Origin: an uncultured Flavobacteriales bacterium
GTDB lineage: Bacteria > Bacteroidota > Bacteroidia > Palsa-965
Direction: 5' to 3'
DNA: 64,000 nucleotides
Assembly (NCBI GenBank): GCA_903873905.1
Contig: CAIQQJ010000131.1
Span: 22,729-86,728 of the forward strand
Translations under genes and position numbers: made by a program
The notes under the pieces: model-generated
Database searches by the model: none
The model's input: the letters and a program-made list of their open reading frames with translations, nothing else
What the model was told of the DNA's origin: nothing
In this document: positions 62,524 through 64,000 of the stretch, piece after piece
Layout: each line of letters starts with the position of its first letter
Position numbering within the stretch: position 1 is the stretch's first letter

Positions 62524-64000
62524 TTAAATTACAATAGGATTTAATTTTCCAATTGCATCTTTCACTGATTTCACATTCTCAAAGCTCAAGGTCAATTTAT
62601 TATTTACCTCTTTCATTTTCGATGCGCGTGGATTGGATTGTATGAACTTCAACACTTTTGTAAATGCTTCTGATTGGTAATAAGAAGAATTTTTATTCTG
62701 AATAAAATATCCCGTCATCTTTCCATTTTTCAAAACCAACCGTTCCAAACCGATATCCATTCCCAACCAACGCAAGCGAATGGTGTCAATCAATTCGATT
62801 ACCTGTTCTGGAATTGGACCAAAACGATCACGCAAATTCGATTCGAATCTTCCGAGATCATCTTCTGTTTCTGTATCATCAAGTTGACGGTACAGCGAAA
62901 GCCGCTCTGTGATGTTGTCAATGTATCCGTCAGGAATTAATATTTCAAGATCCGTGTCGATTTGTGTGTCGCGAACATATACACCAATGTGTTTAGCAGA
63001 TTTGTCATCTTTGCGTAATTCGCGCAACTCCTCTTCTTCCTTGAATAATTCCTTGAATTCCGTTTCTTTCAATTCACGAATCGCCTCATCCAAAATCTTC
63101 TGGTACATATCGTAACCGATGTCGGAAATAAATCCGCTTTGTTCTCCACCCAACAAATTTCCTGCGCCACGAATATCCAAATCGCGTAAAGCAATGTGAA
63201 ATCCGCTTCCGAGATCGGAAAACTCCTCGATGGCCTTCAATCTCCGCTGCGCTTCGGAAGTGAGCAAATACATTGGTTGTGTTAAAAGATAACAGAAGGC
63301 TTTTTTGTTTGAACGCCCAACCCTTCCACGCATTTGATGCAAATCGCTCAAACCAAACAAATGCGCATCGTTGATGATGATGGTATTTGCATTACTGATA
63401 TCCAAACCTGATTCAATAATTGTTGTGGAAACCAACACATCAAGATTTCCCTCAATAAAATCTACCATCACATTTTCCAATTTGTGCGCATCCATTTGTC
63501 CATGTCCCACACCCACGCGCACATCTGGACAAAGACGTTGAATCATTCCTGCCACTTCAAGAATATTCGCAACACGATTGTGTACATAAAATACCTGTCC
63601 GCCCCTTTGAATTTCAAACATCACCGCATCACGAACCAATTCTTCGCTCATGGTGTGTAACTCCGTTTGAACAGGAAAACGATTGGGTGGTGGTGTATTG
63701 ATAATACTGAGATCACGCGCGCTCATAAGGGAAAACTGCAATGTTCTTGGAATTGGTGTGGCGGTTAGTGTGAGTGTGTCGACATTTGTTTTGAGTAATT
63801 TTAATTTGTCCTTCACTCCTACTCCGAATTTTTGTTCTTCATCCACCACGAGTAAACCAAGATCCTTGAACTTCACTTCTTTCCCTACAATTCCATGTGT
63901 CCCAATGAGAATATCAATTTCTCCTCTTCCTAATTTTGCGAGAATTTCTTTTTTCTCTTTTGCAGAACGAAAACGATTGATGTAATCGATTTTCACTGGA
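62524..64000 (-). CDS. mfd: transcription-repair coupling factor Mfd, C-terminal part (the gene runs past the window end)
   Basis: ORF open to the window edge. Helicase C-terminal motifs and the TRCF C-terminal domain (…LVVDEEQKFGV…, QMRGRVGR…). Confidence 0.85.
   Translation of the reverse strand, partial: PVKIDYINRFRSAKEKKEILAKLGRGEIDILIGTHGIVGKEVKFKDLGLLVVDEEQKFGVGVKDKLKLLKTNVDTLTLTATPIPRTLQFSLMSARDLSIINTPPPNRFPVQTELHTMSEELVRDAVMFEIQRGGQVFYVHNRVANILEVAGMIQRLCPDVRVGVGHGQMDAHKLENVMVDFIEGNLDVLVSTTIIESGLDISNANTIIINDAHLFGLSDLHQMRGRVGRSNKKAFCYLLTQPMYLLTSEAQRRLKAIEEFSDLGSGFHIALRDLDIRGAGNLLGGEQSGFISDIGYDMYQKILDEAIRELKETEFKELFKEEEELRELRKDDKSAKHIGVYVRDTQIDTDLEILIPDGYIDNITERLSLYRQLDDTETEDDLGRFESNLRDRFGPIPEQVIELIDTIRLRWLGMDIGLERLVLKNGKMTGYFIQNKNSSYYQSEAFTKVLKFIQSNPRASKMKEVNNKLTLSFENVKSVKDAIGKLNPIVI

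Noticed and set aside
1-64000. Mobile elements, prophage or integrative-element boundaries.
   Set aside because: No transposase, integrase, recombinase or phage structural ORFs were recognised. The only tRNA (Phe) has no adjacent integrase or direct repeat of its 3' end. The compositional anomaly at 60465-60640 is too short to call an island.

Overview
This is a 64-kb AT-rich window that looks like a Bacteroidota chromosome. The evidence for that host is T9SS C-terminal sorting domains and SprB-type repeat adhesins. The window divides into six regions:

- **Region 0.2–8.0 kb (minus strand).** A four-subunit, ATP-dependent reductase cluster of class I benzoyl-CoA reductase / 2-hydroxyacyl-CoA dehydratase type. 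It has BcrC-, BcrB- and BcrA-like genes, then two PlsC-type acyltransferases and a saccharopine-dehydrogenase-family gene, then a BcrD-like gene.
- **Region 8.2–20 kb (plus strand).** A molybdenum-cofactor module: a MobA/MocA-like nucleotidyltransferase, XdhC, an SDR, a U32-family enzyme translationally coupled to a small ferredoxin, and a MOP-type aldehyde-oxidoreductase-like enzyme (fused 2Fe-2S and Mo domains). Its FAD subunit carries an unusual Cys-rich insertion. A hemerythrin and a tyrosine-phenol-lyase/tryptophanase-family lyase follow.
- **Region 20–33 kb.** A respiratory module studded with FNR-type boxes (TGAT-N4-ATCA): c-type cytochromes, a NarK-like MFS transporter, a Tat-exported 4x[4Fe-4S] protein with an NrfD-like quinol dehydrogenase, and an outer-membrane barrel. 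Next to it are a lipoprotein and two T9SS-exported surface proteins that share an N-terminal Cys-Xn-Cys-His domain.
- **Region 33.6–42.3 kb.** An NO-stress / denitrification island: a RIC/ScdA-like di-iron protein, DUF1858/DUF2249 proteins, an NnrS-like membrane protein, a DUF59 Fe-S assembly protein, a thioesterase, three tandem Crp/FNR regulators (two with FNR-like N-terminal Cys clusters), and norC-norB.
- **Region 42.4–50 kb.** Housekeeping genes: proline dehydrogenase, class II B12-dependent ribonucleotide reductase, tRNA-Phe, coaX and lptC.
- **Region 50–64 kb.** Housekeeping genes: a PpiD/SurA-like isomerase, the rodA-mrdA-mreD-mreC-mreB cell-shape cluster, purH, an FtsX-type ABC permease and the C-terminal part of mfd.

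Other notable sequence-level features:

- Seven intergenic FNR-type boxes, against roughly one expected by chance.
- Two roughly 90-nt conserved leader elements, each beginning with an FNR box.
- Several short dispersed tandem-repeat families in the intergenic regions.
- A GC-rich, apparently structured island between purH and the ABC permease.

No transposases, integrases or CRISPR arrays were seen.
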